Assembly: GCA_963775425.1 (NCBI GenBank)
Contig: CAVZJB010000004.1
Span: 32,001-96,000, forward strand
Source of the DNA: an uncultured delta proteobacterium
Lineage (GTDB): Bacteria > Myxococcota > UBA727 > VGSZ01
Reading direction: 5' to 3'
Length of the DNA stretch: 64,000 bases
Of this stretch, positions 10,110 through 18,780 are shown piece by piece. Position 1 is the first letter of the stretch, and each line of letters starts with the position of its first letter. The notes beneath the pieces were generated by a model. That model saw only the letters and a program-made list of their open reading frames with translations. It did not search any database and had not been told where the DNA came from. A program made the position numbers and the translations under genes.

Positions 10110-11390
10110 ATGGACACGCTGATCATCGAGGGCGGCCGGAGGCTCTCCGGCGAGATCGCCGTCGAGGGGAACAAGAACGCGGCGCTGCCGCTTCTGGCGG
10201 CCACCCTCCTCACCGACGAGCCGGTGATCCTCGACAACGTGCCGCGCATCAAGGACGTCCACGTGATGCAGGGCTTGCTCACGGGCCTCGGGACCGAGGT
10301 CGTGGAGCAGGCGCGCACGCGCTTCTCCATGACCACGCGCGATCTCAAGTCCACCACGCCGCAGGCGGAGCTGTGCCGCCAGATGCGCGCGAGCTTCGCG
10401 CTGGCCGGCCCGCTCCTCGCGCGGGGCGGCGCTTGCACCCTACCGGTCCCCGGCGGTGACCGCATCGGCCGCCGCCCCGTCGACACGCACATCTCCGCGC
10501 TCACGCAGCTCGGCGCGGAGATCGACGTCACGTTCGAGCAGTACACCATGCACGCCAAGAAGCGCCTGGTGGGCTGCGACATCTTCCTCGAGGAGATGAG
10601 CGTGATGGCGACGGAGAACGTGGTCATGGCAGCCTCGCTCGCCAAGGGCACCACCACCATCAAGAACGCGGCGAGCGAGCCCCACGTGCAGGACGTCTGC
10701 CGGCTCATCGTCGCCATGGGCGGAAAGATCGAGGGCATCGGCACCAACACCCTCGTCGTCCACGGCGTGGAGAAGCTGCACGGCTGCACGTTCGAGGTCG
10801 GCCCCGACTACCTCGAGGTGGGGAGCTTCATCGCGTTGTCCGCGATGACCGGCGGCCCGGTCACCATCAAGCGCGCGCGCCCGGCGGACCACAAGATGAC
10901 CGCCGTCGCGTTCGGCAAGCTTGGCGTCCACTTCGAGGAGCGCGGCGACGACATCTACGTCCCCGCCGATCAGGAGCTCGAGGTGCGGCACGGGCTCCAC
11001 GGCGCCGTCGCCCGCATCCACGACGCGCCGTGGCCCGGCTTCCCCGCCGACCTCGTCTCCATCGCCGTCGTCCTCGCCACGCGCTGCAAGGGCTCCATCC
11101 TGATCCACGAGTGGATGTACGAGTCGCGCCTGTATTGGGTGGACAAGCTCATCGCCATGGGCGCGCGCGTCACCGTCTGCGACCCACACCGCGCCCTCAT
11201 CGAGGGGCCGGTGAAGCTCTACGGAAAGACCATGTCCTCGCCCGACATCCGCGCCGGCATGGCGCTGCTCCTGGCCGCGCTGGTCGCCGACGGCAAGAGC
11301 GTCATCCAGAACGCCCAGCAGATCGATCGTGGGTACGCCAACATTGAGGGCCGGCTGCGGGCGCTGGGGGCACAGATCGAGCGCGTTTGA
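10110..11390 (+). CDS. murA: UDP-N-acetylglucosamine 1-carboxyvinyltransferase
   Basis: GNKNAALP, MRAS, PGGDRIGRRPVDTH, SVMATEN, PWPGFPADL, DIRAG, IDRGY. Confidence 0.97.
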   Translation: MDTLIIEGGRRLSGEIAVEGNKNAALPLLAATLLTDEPVILDNVPRIKDVHVMQGLLTGLGTEVVEQARTRFSMTTRDLKSTTPQAELCRQMRASFALAGPLLARGGACTLPVPGGDRIGRRPVDTHISALTQLGAEIDVTFEQYTMHAKKRLVGCDIFLEEMSVMATENVVMAASLAKGTTTIKNAASEPHVQDVCRLIVAMGGKIEGIGTNTLVVHGVEKLHGCTFEVGPDYLEVGSFIALSAMTGGPVTIKRARPADHKMTAVAFGKLGVHFEERGDDIYVPADQELEVRHGLHGAVARIHDAPWPGFPADLVSIAVVLATRCKGSILIHEWMYESRLYWVDKLIAMGARVTVCDPHRALIEGPVKLYGKTMSSPDIRAGMALLLAALVADGKSVIQNAQQIDRGYANIEGRLRALGAQIERV

Positions 11391-11424
11391 TCAGCGCGGC
11401 GGCTCCCACCGGTCGCTGATCAGC
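11388..11424 (-). repeat. Single copy of the REP-like element (same family as the 15.6-kb array)
   Basis: Reverse complement GCTGATCAGCGACCGGTGGGAGCCGCCGCGCT matches 15638-15669 at 30/32 positions; overlaps the murA stop. Confidence 0.8.
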
Positions 11425-11461
11425 GGATCGGAGCCGGTGCTCAAGCGAGTAAGGTCTGAGC

Positions 11462-12763
11462 GTGACCAGCGACAAGCGCGCCGAGCCCCGGTACGAAGTC
11501 TCATCGACGGTGCCCGCCTCCTGGAGCGGCGGCGGCCCGGTGGACTGCGCGGCGTCGGACATCAGCCGCAACGGCATCTTCCTCGAGATGGAGGCCCCGC
11601 CGCCCGTGGAGACGGCCATCCGCGTCGGCGTCGCCGAGGCGGCCGTCGGCGGGCGCGTCGTGTTCAGCCTCGGCGCCTCCGACGCCGCCGCCATGGGACG
11701 AAAGCCCGGGGTCGGCGTGCAGCTCGACGCGCCCATCGACCCGGACACGTTCCTCCTGCGCTGCGCCGAGGCGCGCGCGGCGCTGGCGGCGATTCGTCCC
11801 GGCGGCAGCGGCGCGGTGGCGCCCGCGCTCCAGCCAAAGCGCCCGTCCGCCGTCGCCACACGCGTCGCCGTCCCCGGGACGCGCGCGGCGGCGACCCACC
11901 CGGCGCCGGTGGAGGAGCTGGTCTCCGACGTCGTCCTCGTCGAGGGCGTGCCCGGGCAAGCGGCGATCACCGAGGCGCTGGTCGCCGACGGGTACACGCC
12001 GCTCGTGGCCAAGCACGGCTTCGAAGCGCTGATCCTGTGTATCCGGCGGCGCCCGCTGTTGTGCGTCGCCGACGGCGGCGGCGCGCCCTTGTCGGGCCGC
12101 CGCCTGCTCGACGAGGTGCGCGGCCGCGAGGATCTCGCCGACGTCACCGTCATCCTCGTCGACGGGAGCGCCGCCGCCGACCCGGCGACGCCGCGCACCT
12201 ACCGCTGGCGCGCGCCGCCACCCGACGTCGACAAGGCGCGGCGCCTCGTGGACGCTGCGCTGAGCATCACCCACGCCGTGACCCGCGTGGTGCGCGCCAC
12301 CGACGCGCACGTGCTCGCCGACGCCGTCTCCGACCTGGCGCGCCGCCTCGACGCCGACGGCGAGACCGACGCCGCCGCCGCCGCGGTGCGCTACGCCGCC
12401 GAGCTCGCGCCGACGGCGTCGAGCCACACGCTGCTGCTCGCACGCATCCTGCTCGCGGCGCCCGAGCAGAAGCGGCGCGACGAGGCCGCGGTGCTCATCG
12501 AGCGCGTCGCGCGCCAGGATCCGCGCTCCCCGGAGGCGTACCTGTTGCGCGCGTTCGTCCTCGACCAGCGCGGGCGCCGCGACGAAGCGCGGGCGGCGCT
12601 GCGCCGCACGCTGATGTTCTCGCCGTCGGACCCCGAGGCGCTCCTGGCCCTCGAGCACCTCGAGGCCGGCCAGCCCCTCGTGGAGACGCGCCACGCCGTC
12701 CCGAGCGCCGCGCCCGAGGGCACGGAGAAGCGCGGGCTGTTCGGCAAGCTCTTCAAGCGGTGA
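11462..12763 (+). CDS. PilZ + degenerate receiver-like + TPR domain protein
   Basis: RAEPR and DISRNG PilZ motifs, central REC-like segment, C-terminal TPRs, tail GLFGKLFKR. Confidence 0.75.
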   Translation: MTSDKRAEPRYEVSSTVPASWSGGGPVDCAASDISRNGIFLEMEAPPPVETAIRVGVAEAAVGGRVVFSLGASDAAAMGRKPGVGVQLDAPIDPDTFLLRCAEARAALAAIRPGGSGAVAPALQPKRPSAVATRVAVPGTRAAATHPAPVEELVSDVVLVEGVPGQAAITEALVADGYTPLVAKHGFEALILCIRRRPLLCVADGGGAPLSGRRLLDEVRGREDLADVTVILVDGSAAADPATPRTYRWRAPPPDVDKARRLVDAALSITHAVTRVVRATDAHVLADAVSDLARRLDADGETDAAAAAVRYAAELAPTASSHTLLLARILLAAPEQKRRDEAAVLIERVARQDPRSPEAYLLRAFVLDQRGRRDEARAALRRTLMFSPSDPEALLALEHLEAGQPLVETRHAVPSAAPEGTEKRGLFGKLFKR

Positions 12764-13568
12764 GCGACGCGCGCTCCGGCGGCCGCGCCGACGCCGCCGC
12801 CGCCGACGCGCGCGCGGCCCGGGGCATCAAGGTCTTTCGCTGGACCTCGAGCACGCCGAGCTTCTCGAGCGCGAGGCACGCGGCCCAGCCGAGGTCGACC
12901 TCGCGGCGCGTGTACGAGAAGCGCGCGGAAGACGCCCAGCGATGGTGGTTGTTCTGGAAGCCCTCGCCGAGCACGAGCCACGCGGCGAGGTGGTTGTTGC
13001 GCGAGTCGTCGTCGGAGTCGAAGTTGCGGCCGCCGTGGGCGTGGCCGAAGTAGTTGATGACGGCGCCCTGGACGACGTGGCTCATCATGCCGGCGAAGAG
13101 CGCGAGCGCGAGCAGCCAGCCGCCGCCGACCGCGACGACGCCGACGGCGATGGCGACGTGCAGCAGGATCGGCAGCCACGAACGCTCCGTGCGGATGGGC
13201 CAGGACATCTCGAGGTCCTTGCCGATGGACGTGAAGCGGGGGTCGTTCGCGCGCAACCCGTCGAGGACGACGTTGTAGCTGAGGATCTGTGTCCGGAACA
13301 TGCCGAGGAAGCCCAGCACGCCCTTGCGCTTCGGGGCGTGCGGATCGTCCCGGGTGTCCGAGTAGGCGTGGTGCATGCGGTGCATCACCACCCACCCCTT
13401 CGGATCGATGCTCGTGAGCCAGATGCCGGCCGCCACGAGCCACGAGCGGAACGGCTCGCGGATGCGCACGGCGCCGTGGGCGAGCCCACGGTGGTACCCG
13501 ACGCTCGTCGTCACGATGGTGAACGTGTAGCAGGCGACGAACACGAGGGCGCAGACGGCGATGTACAT
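12753..13568 (-). CDS. Acyl-CoA/fatty acid delta-9 desaturase family protein
   Basis: His boxes GYHRGLAH, HRMHHAYSD, GEGFQNNHH. Confidence 0.9.
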   Translation of the reverse strand: MYIAVCALVFVACYTFTIVTTSVGYHRGLAHGAVRIREPFRSWLVAAGIWLTSIDPKGWVVMHRMHHAYSDTRDDPHAPKRKGVLGFLGMFRTQILSYNVVLDGLRANDPRFTSIGKDLEMSWPIRTERSWLPILLHVAIAVGVVAVGGGWLLALALFAGMMSHVVQGAVINYFGHAHGGRNFDSDDDSRNNHLAAWLVLGEGFQNNHHRWASSARFSYTRREVDLGWAACLALEKLGVLEVQRKTLMPRAARASAAAASARPPERASLTA

Positions 13569-13613
13569 ACCTTCACCGTATGCGCCCTTGGGGCCCCGGG
13601 GGTCACCGCGGTG

Positions 13614-14402
13614 TCATGGATCAGGCGAAATCGGCGATGACGAGGTCGTCTCCGCGGCCGCGGCGGCGTAGATGCCGCTCGCCATGAACGACGCCTCGGC
13701 GGCGCGGCGCGCACCGCGCGCACAGTCGCGTCGTCGGGGGCGGCCTGCGCGGCCATCTCGGCGAGGTGACACGCGAGCCTGAGCTCCCCTTCGGCGGCGA
13801 GCGCTTCGGCGCGCGACGCCAACGCCGCGGCGCCGCCAGCGAGGGCGGCCACCTCGCGCGCGAGCGCGGCGTCGCGCGCAGGCTTCAGGTGTGCGGGGTT
13901 GCCGTCGTACCAGCCGCCGTAGAGCCGCCATACGTTGCGAACGACGAGCTCGGGCTCGTCGTAGGTGGCGCGCAACCAGGGGCGATCGCGGAGATCGTCC
14001 GGGAGCTTGACCGTATGGATGATGTCGTCGAGCCGCGCACCCGCGTTCATCATCGCGATGACCTGCTCGTGCAGCGACTCGAGCGCGCGCGCGGTCTCCC
14101 CGAGCACCAGCGCCACGCGCTCGCGGCCGGCGACCGCGGGGCCGTGCGCGGGCAGCAGCAGCTCGGGGCCGAGCGCGAGCATGTCGCGGAGGGCCACCGC
14201 CCAGTCCCAGGCGTAGCGCTGCGCCTTCTGCGGGGTGCCGGCGTTCGGGAGCTGCCAGATGAACAGGTCGCCGACGACCGCAGGCGATGTGCGGGGCGAC
14301 CTCCTGGGCGTCGCTAAAAGCACCGACGTCGAGCAGGCCGTGCATCTCGATGGGAGCGCTGCCGTCGATCATGGCGGCGGCGCGGGCCAACATTCTGGTC
14401 AT
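13614..14402 (-). pseudogene. Alkyl/aryl sulfatase (SdsA1-like MBL fold + dimerisation domain) pseudogene
   Basis: The N-terminus MTRMLARAAAMIDG...EVAPHIA is in one frame. GDLFIWQLPNAG...LLPAHG...YGGWYDGNPAHLKP is in another, and the C-terminus AEASFMASGIY is back in the first frame. The HxHxDH region is absent. Confidence 0.7.
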
Positions 14403-14463
14403 CGGCGGACCCCAGCCCCGGCGTCGCCGCGCGCGATCGACCCGGGATCGGATGTCGCGCGCT

Positions 14464-15483
14464 TCAGGGCCCGAGCCGGTCGCGGTCGCCGTGGTACGAC
14501 AGCGCGTCGTCGCGCCGGTCGACGCGGCCGCCGCGGACGGCGCCGACGGCGTCGAGCGCCGACAGGCCCGCGATGAGCCCCACGCACGCCGCGCGCCGCG
14601 CACCGCGCACGCGTGGCAGTCCCTGGCGGTTGAGCGCGCGCACGCTGAAAGCGAAGCGCGCGCCGAGCACGAGCAGCGGCGACGCCCAGCCGAGTCGCAA
14701 CAGGGCGCGCGCGCCGCGCGGGCCGTCGACGGCGCGCAGGTGTGCCCGGAGCGCCCCGGTGAGCGAGACGGTGTCTGCGCCGCGGTGCATGCGCAGCTTG
14801 ACGAGCTCGCGCGCCGTATCGGGGAAGCGGTGCACCGTGTGCGCGCGCGGCTCGTAGCGGACGGCGACCCCGCGCTCGACGAGCTTCATGCCGGCCACCT
14901 GGCAATTGCCCCGATAGAACACCGGCGCGCTCCCGTAGCGCACGCCGTCGAAGGCCGGGCGGCGGAAGGCGACGTTGTTGGCGTAGAAGTTCCGCCGGTT
15001 GTCGTCGCCGAAGGGGCTTTGGAAGTACATGAAGTCGATGGTGGTGGCCGCGATGCCGAGCAGGTCGTCGCGGTAGGTGGTGCGGCCGGCGACGACGTGA
15101 ACGGCGTCGCTCGCGAACGGCGCCGTGAGGCGCTCGAGCCAGGCGTCGTCCGGCCAGCAGTCGGCGTCGGCGAAGGCGACGACGGCGGCGCCGGTGGCGT
15201 CGAAGCCGCGCTCCTTGGCCTCGTAGTACCCCGTCCCTGCGGGGAGCTCGACGAAGCGGACGACGCGCCCTGCGGCCTCCTCGAGGCGCGCGCGCTCGTC
15301 CTCGAGGAGCGCTCCTTCATGGGTCACCACGAGCGCGTCGAGCGTGTCGAGCGGCCGCGTCTGCCGGCGCAGGTGCGCGAGCAGCCTCGCGAGGGAGCGC
15401 ACCACGCGATCCCCGCCGCCGCCTTGCAGGTTGTTCGTCTCGATCACGAGCGCGCACGCCGGCGCCGCAGACGTCTCCGCCAT
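14464..15483 (-). CDS. Glycosyltransferase family 2 protein
   Basis: YYEAKERG, VAFADADC (DxD), NNVAFRR. Confidence 0.85.
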   Translation of the reverse strand: MAETSAAPACALVIETNNLQGGGGDRVVRSLARLLAHLRRQTRPLDTLDALVVTHEGALLEDERARLEEAAGRVVRFVELPAGTGYYEAKERGFDATGAAVVAFADADCWPDDAWLERLTAPFASDAVHVVAGRTTYRDDLLGIAATTIDFMYFQSPFGDDNRRNFYANNVAFRRPAFDGVRYGSAPVFYRGNCQVAGMKLVERGVAVRYEPRAHTVHRFPDTARELVKLRMHRGADTVSLTGALRAHLRAVDGPRGARALLRLGWASPLLVLGARFAFSVRALNRQGLPRVRGARRAACVGLIAGLSALDAVGAVRGGRVDRRDDALSYHGDRDRLGP

Positions 15484-15637
15484 CGTCGTCTCCCTCTCGC
15501 CCCATGGGCGGCCTCGGGCCGCTCGCGAACGCGGCTCCGTGTCCTTCGTCGTCGGCAACGGCGCCCAGCGCCGCGCGATTCCGCCGGATCAACGCGTCGC
15601 GTCGTACGCAGCCCGCGTCGCCTGCGACGCGCCGAGC

Positions 15638-15801
15638 GCTGATCAGCGACCGGAGGGAGCGGCCGCGCTTGGCTCAGCGACCGGAGGGAGCGGCCGCGCT
15701 TGGCTCAGCGACCGGAGGGAGCGGCCGCGCTTGGCTCAGCGACCGGAGGGAGCGGCCGCGCTTGGCTCAGCGACCGGAGGGAGCGGCCGCGCCGATCAGC
15801 G
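15638..15801. repeat. Tandem array of the 31-bp unit TCAGCGACCGGAGGGAGCGGCCGCGCTTGGC, about 4.8 copies, no spacers
   Basis: Units start at 15643, 15674, 15705, 15736 and 15767; the array is flanked by GATCA and is intergenic between two GT2 genes. Confidence 0.95.
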
Positions 15802-16461
15802 GCGGTGCGTGGCGCGCGCGCCGAGGCGCCGCAGCCGGTAGCTCACGCTGCCCCACACGGCGGTGAGGAGCATCCACTGCTTCTTCAAGAAGCCCACCAC
15901 CGCCGAGTCTTCCTTTTCTTCCTTGGGCCGGTGAAAGAGCCCGTCGCACACGAAGGCGCGCGTGCGCATGCCGAGGTCGCGGCAGAGCGCGTTGAGCGCC
16001 GCCTCGACCTTGTAGCCGCGGTAGTCCTCGGGATCGAGGAGCGCGAACAGCTCGCGGCGCAACGAGCGCTGCCCGGTCAAGATGGGCAGCGCGTTCAGGA
16101 AGATGGCGTTCTGCATGGCGCCGCGATCGAACAGACCCATGGCCATGGCGACGTCGTCCTCGAGCTCCAGCACGAGCCTGTCGACGTGCTCGGGCCGAAG
16201 GCCGAGGAGATCGGCGTCGAGGAAGACGACGACGTCGGCGTCCACCGCGGCGACGCCTACGGCCATCGCCTGCCCCTTGCCCTTCTCGTGGCACGCGACC
16301 ACGCGCGCGCCGGCCGCGGAGGCCACAGCGGCGGTCGCGTCGGTGGAGGCGTTGTCGACGACGACGACGTCGCTCACGGAGCCCGCCCGCAACGCCGCCG
16401 CGACGACCGTTCCCACGGTCGTCGCCTCGTTGCGAGCGGGGATCACCGCGGCGACGCGCAC
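15796..16461 (-). CDS. Glycosyltransferase family 2 protein
   Basis: VIPARNEA, VVDNASTD, GKGQAM, VFLDADL, LTGQR. Confidence 0.9.
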   Translation of the reverse strand: MRVAAVIPARNEATTVGTVVAAALRAGSVSDVVVVDNASTDATAAVASAAGARVVACHEKGKGQAMAVGVAAVDADVVVFLDADLLGLRPEHVDRLVLELEDDVAMAMGLFDRGAMQNAIFLNALPILTGQRSLRRELFALLDPEDYRGYKVEAALNALCRDLGMRTRAFVCDGLFHRPKEEKEDSAVVGFLKKQWMLLTAVWGSVSYRLRRLGARATHRR

Positions 16462-16599
16462 CGTTTCACGGTAGCGACTCGTCGCGGGCGCGACATGCGG
16501 CGCCGGCGACGTCAACGCGTGACCGACCCGCGCACGCCGGCGGCGCGCCGTGCTCGACACCGACGGCGGGTCGAAGGCCCGCGGCGCGCCGCACGACCG

Positions 16600-17895
16600 T
16601 CACAAGCAGCGCTCCGTCGCAGCGGGCACCGCGCCCACGGCGCCGCCGCAGGTCTCCACCGCGCCGCCGCCGCCGCCGCCGCCCGAGCCGTTGGTGCCGC
16701 CGACACCCGACTGCCCGCTCGCGCTGCCTGCGCCGCCGGCGTCGCCGTCGCCGGAGCTGCCGCCGGCGCCGCCGCTCGCGTCGACGGTCCCGGCGCCCGT
16801 GTCGACGGCGTCGGCCTCGACGCGCACGAAGCCGCCGCCGCCGCCGCCGCCTGCGCCGCTGGTGCCCGACAGCGTGGTGGCGGTGCCGCTCGCGCCCGTG
16901 CCGCCGCGCGCGACGATGGCGCCGTCGAGGGTGAACGTGCCCGCGACGCTCACGGTGATCGCGCCGCCGCCGCCGCCGCCGATGCCGCCCGCCGTGTTGC
17001 CGACGCCGCTGCCGTCGCCGCCGTCGCCGCCGCTGCAGCCGCCGAGCCCGGCGCCGGCGCTCGCCGTGCCGCCGCCGCCGCCGGAGGCGCTGGTGCCGCC
17101 GCCGCCGCCCCCGTTGGTCGCGTTCGCGCCGCCGCCGCCGCCCGCGCCGACGCCCGCGTCGCCGCCGGAGCCGCCGTTGCAGCCGACGAGGCTGCGCGCG
17201 CCCGGGCCGGCGGTGCCGCCGGAGGCGCTCGCGTCCAGGGACGCGCCGACCGCCACGCGCAGGTCGCCGAACGCCACGAGGATGACCTGGTGGGTGCCGC
17301 TGAAGTGGACGTCTCCGTTCACCGCGATCTCCTGGGCCACGAGGATGGTGGTGTCCCCGTCGCGGACGACGCCCAGGTCGTCGCTGCCCGCGAAGGTGTC
17401 GACGTCGATGTCGATGGTGCCGAGCGTGGACACCGCGTTCGCCGGAAGCGCCGCGAGCGCCGCGTCCTTGTCGAAGCTCGGCGTCAGGGCGAAGTCCGCC
17501 ACGCAGCGCGTGGGGTCGTCGAGGGGCGCGATCTCGTCGGCGGCGCAGGGGTCGCCTTCGCCTTCGCCTTCGCCTTCGCCCTCGCCCTCGCCTTCTCCTT
17601 CGCCCTCGCCCTCGCCTTCTCCTTCTCCTTCTCCTTCTCCTTCTCCTTCTCCTTCTCCTTCTCCTTCTCCTTCTCCTTCGCCCTCGCCTTCGCCTTCCCC
17701 TTCGCCTTCTCCTTCGCCTTCGCCTTCGCCGGTGGCGCTGACGCACGTGTTGTCGGAGCAGGCCTCGCCCGTCCCGCAGTCTTCGTCGGCGTTGCAGAAG
17801 GCGGCGGGCGCGGGCGGCGGACAACCGGTGGCGAACGCCAACAGCGGCAACAGGAGTGGCAGGGGCAGGAAGATGTGGCGCATGGGTTCCCTCAT
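16600..17895 (-). CDS. Gly-rich lipoprotein with a (GE)n spacer and Cys-rich N-terminus
   Basis: Lipobox FATGC, CNADEDCGTGEAC, GE run, Gly-rich GGGGGG repeats. Start is 17895 or 17883. Confidence 0.8.
   Translation of the reverse strand: MREPMRHIFLPLPLLLPLLAFATGCPPPAPAAFCNADEDCGTGEACSDNTCVSATGEGEGEGEGEGEGEGEGEGEGEGEGEGEGEGEGEGEGEGEGEGEGEGEGEGEGEGEGEGDPCAADEIAPLDDPTRCVADFALTPSFDKDAALAALPANAVSTLGTIDIDVDTFAGSDDLGVVRDGDTTILVAQEIAVNGDVHFSGTHQVILVAFGDLRVAVGASLDASASGGTAGPGARSLVGCNGGSGGDAGVGAGGGGGANATNGGGGGGTSASGGGGGTASAGAGLGGCSGGDGGDGSGVGNTAGGIGGGGGGAITVSVAGTFTLDGAIVARGGTGASGTATTLSGTSGAGGGGGGGFVRVEADAVDTGAGTVDASGGAGGSSGDGDAGGAGSASGQSGVGGTNGSGGGGGGGAVETCGGAVGAVPAATERCL
17554..17730 (-). repeat. Hexanucleotide microsatellite encoding (GE)29G
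   Basis: GCCTTC/GCCCTC/TCCTTC run of 177 bp. Confidence 0.95.
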
Positions 17896-17903
17896 GCACA
17901 CCC

Positions 17904-17930
17904 GTACGGACCCCGCGGATGGATCCGATC
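17904..17930 (-). promoter_or_regulatory. Putative ECF promoter GATCG-N16-CCGTAC for the GE lipoprotein
   Basis: Same motif and spacing as 17955-17981 on the opposite strand; in-frame ATG 8 nt downstream. Confidence 0.55.
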
Positions 17931-17954
17931 CGATCGCACCGGGACCCGCACGGC

Positions 17955-17981
17955 GATCGAAACGTCCGCCGCCGGCCGTAC
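17955..17981 (+). promoter_or_regulatory. Putative ECF (auto)promoter GATCG-N16-CCGTAC
   Basis: GATCG at 17955-17959 and CCGTAC at 17976-17981; ATG in frame with the ECF gene at 17989. Confidence 0.55.
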
Positions 17982-18093
17982 CCCGGGCATGGACCAGGGT
18001 GCGTCAACACACACCGAGCGGTACGCTCGGCGAGCGGCCCGCCGGGCGTGCGGCGTCGCGGTGCGGGATTGTGCGAAGGGACGCAGCCGACGC

Positions 18094-18780
18094 GTGAACA
18101 GACAGGTGAAGCCCCCAGGCGCGCCGACACTGGAAGGGGACCTCCGGTTGCTGGCCGCGTTCAAGCGCGGGGAGCGCGAGGCCCTCGCCCGCGTGCTCCG
18201 GCTGTACGCCCCGATGGTCGCGGGCGCGGTGCGCGCCGGCATCCGCTTCACCGTCGACGGCGAGACGCTGCGGGTGGGCCAGGACCTGATGGAGCACGAC
18301 GTCGAGCTCGTCGTGCAGGAGACCTTCGTGCGGGCGTTCGGCGAGAAGGCGCGCGCCTCGTACGACGGCGTCAGGCCGTTCAAGCTCTGGGTGCTCACCA
18401 TCGCCAGGAACCTCGTCATCGACCTCGCGCGCGAGAAGTGGCGCGGCGTGGTCGTCCCCGTCGAGACGCTCGAGCGCTTCCCCAGCAGCGGCCCCGATCC
18501 CGCCCAGGCGTTCGAGGAGTCCGAGCTGCTCCGCCTCGTCACGACGTTCGCCGATGGCCTCGAGGAGCCCGACCGCTCCGTGTACCGGCTGCGCTACCAG
18601 GAGCAGAGGAACGTGCGTGAGACCGGCGCCGCCCTGTCGATGACCGAGATCCGCGTCCGCCGCCGCGAGGCCCACCTGCGCGACCGCCTGCTCTCGTTCC
18701 TGCGCGAGCACGGCTTCCTCGAGAAGGCGCGCGTCTCGTTCGCCTCGAGCCTCCTGCGCAAGAAGGGAGCCGCTTCATGA
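18094..18780 (+). CDS. ECF RNA polymerase sigma-70 factor
   Basis: Region 2 DVELVVQETFVRAF...FKLWVLTIARNLVID and a region 4 HTH. Start could be 17989. Confidence 0.9.
   Translation: MNRQVKPPGAPTLEGDLRLLAAFKRGEREALARVLRLYAPMVAGAVRAGIRFTVDGETLRVGQDLMEHDVELVVQETFVRAFGEKARASYDGVRPFKLWVLTIARNLVIDLAREKWRGVVVPVETLERFPSSGPDPAQAFEESELLRLVTTFADGLEEPDRSVYRLRYQEQRNVRETGAALSMTEIRVRRREAHLRDRLLSFLREHGFLEKARVSFASSLLRKKGAAS

Noticed and set aside
15638-15801. CRISPR array
   Set aside because: The units are directly contiguous with no unique spacers, and there are no cas genes in the window.
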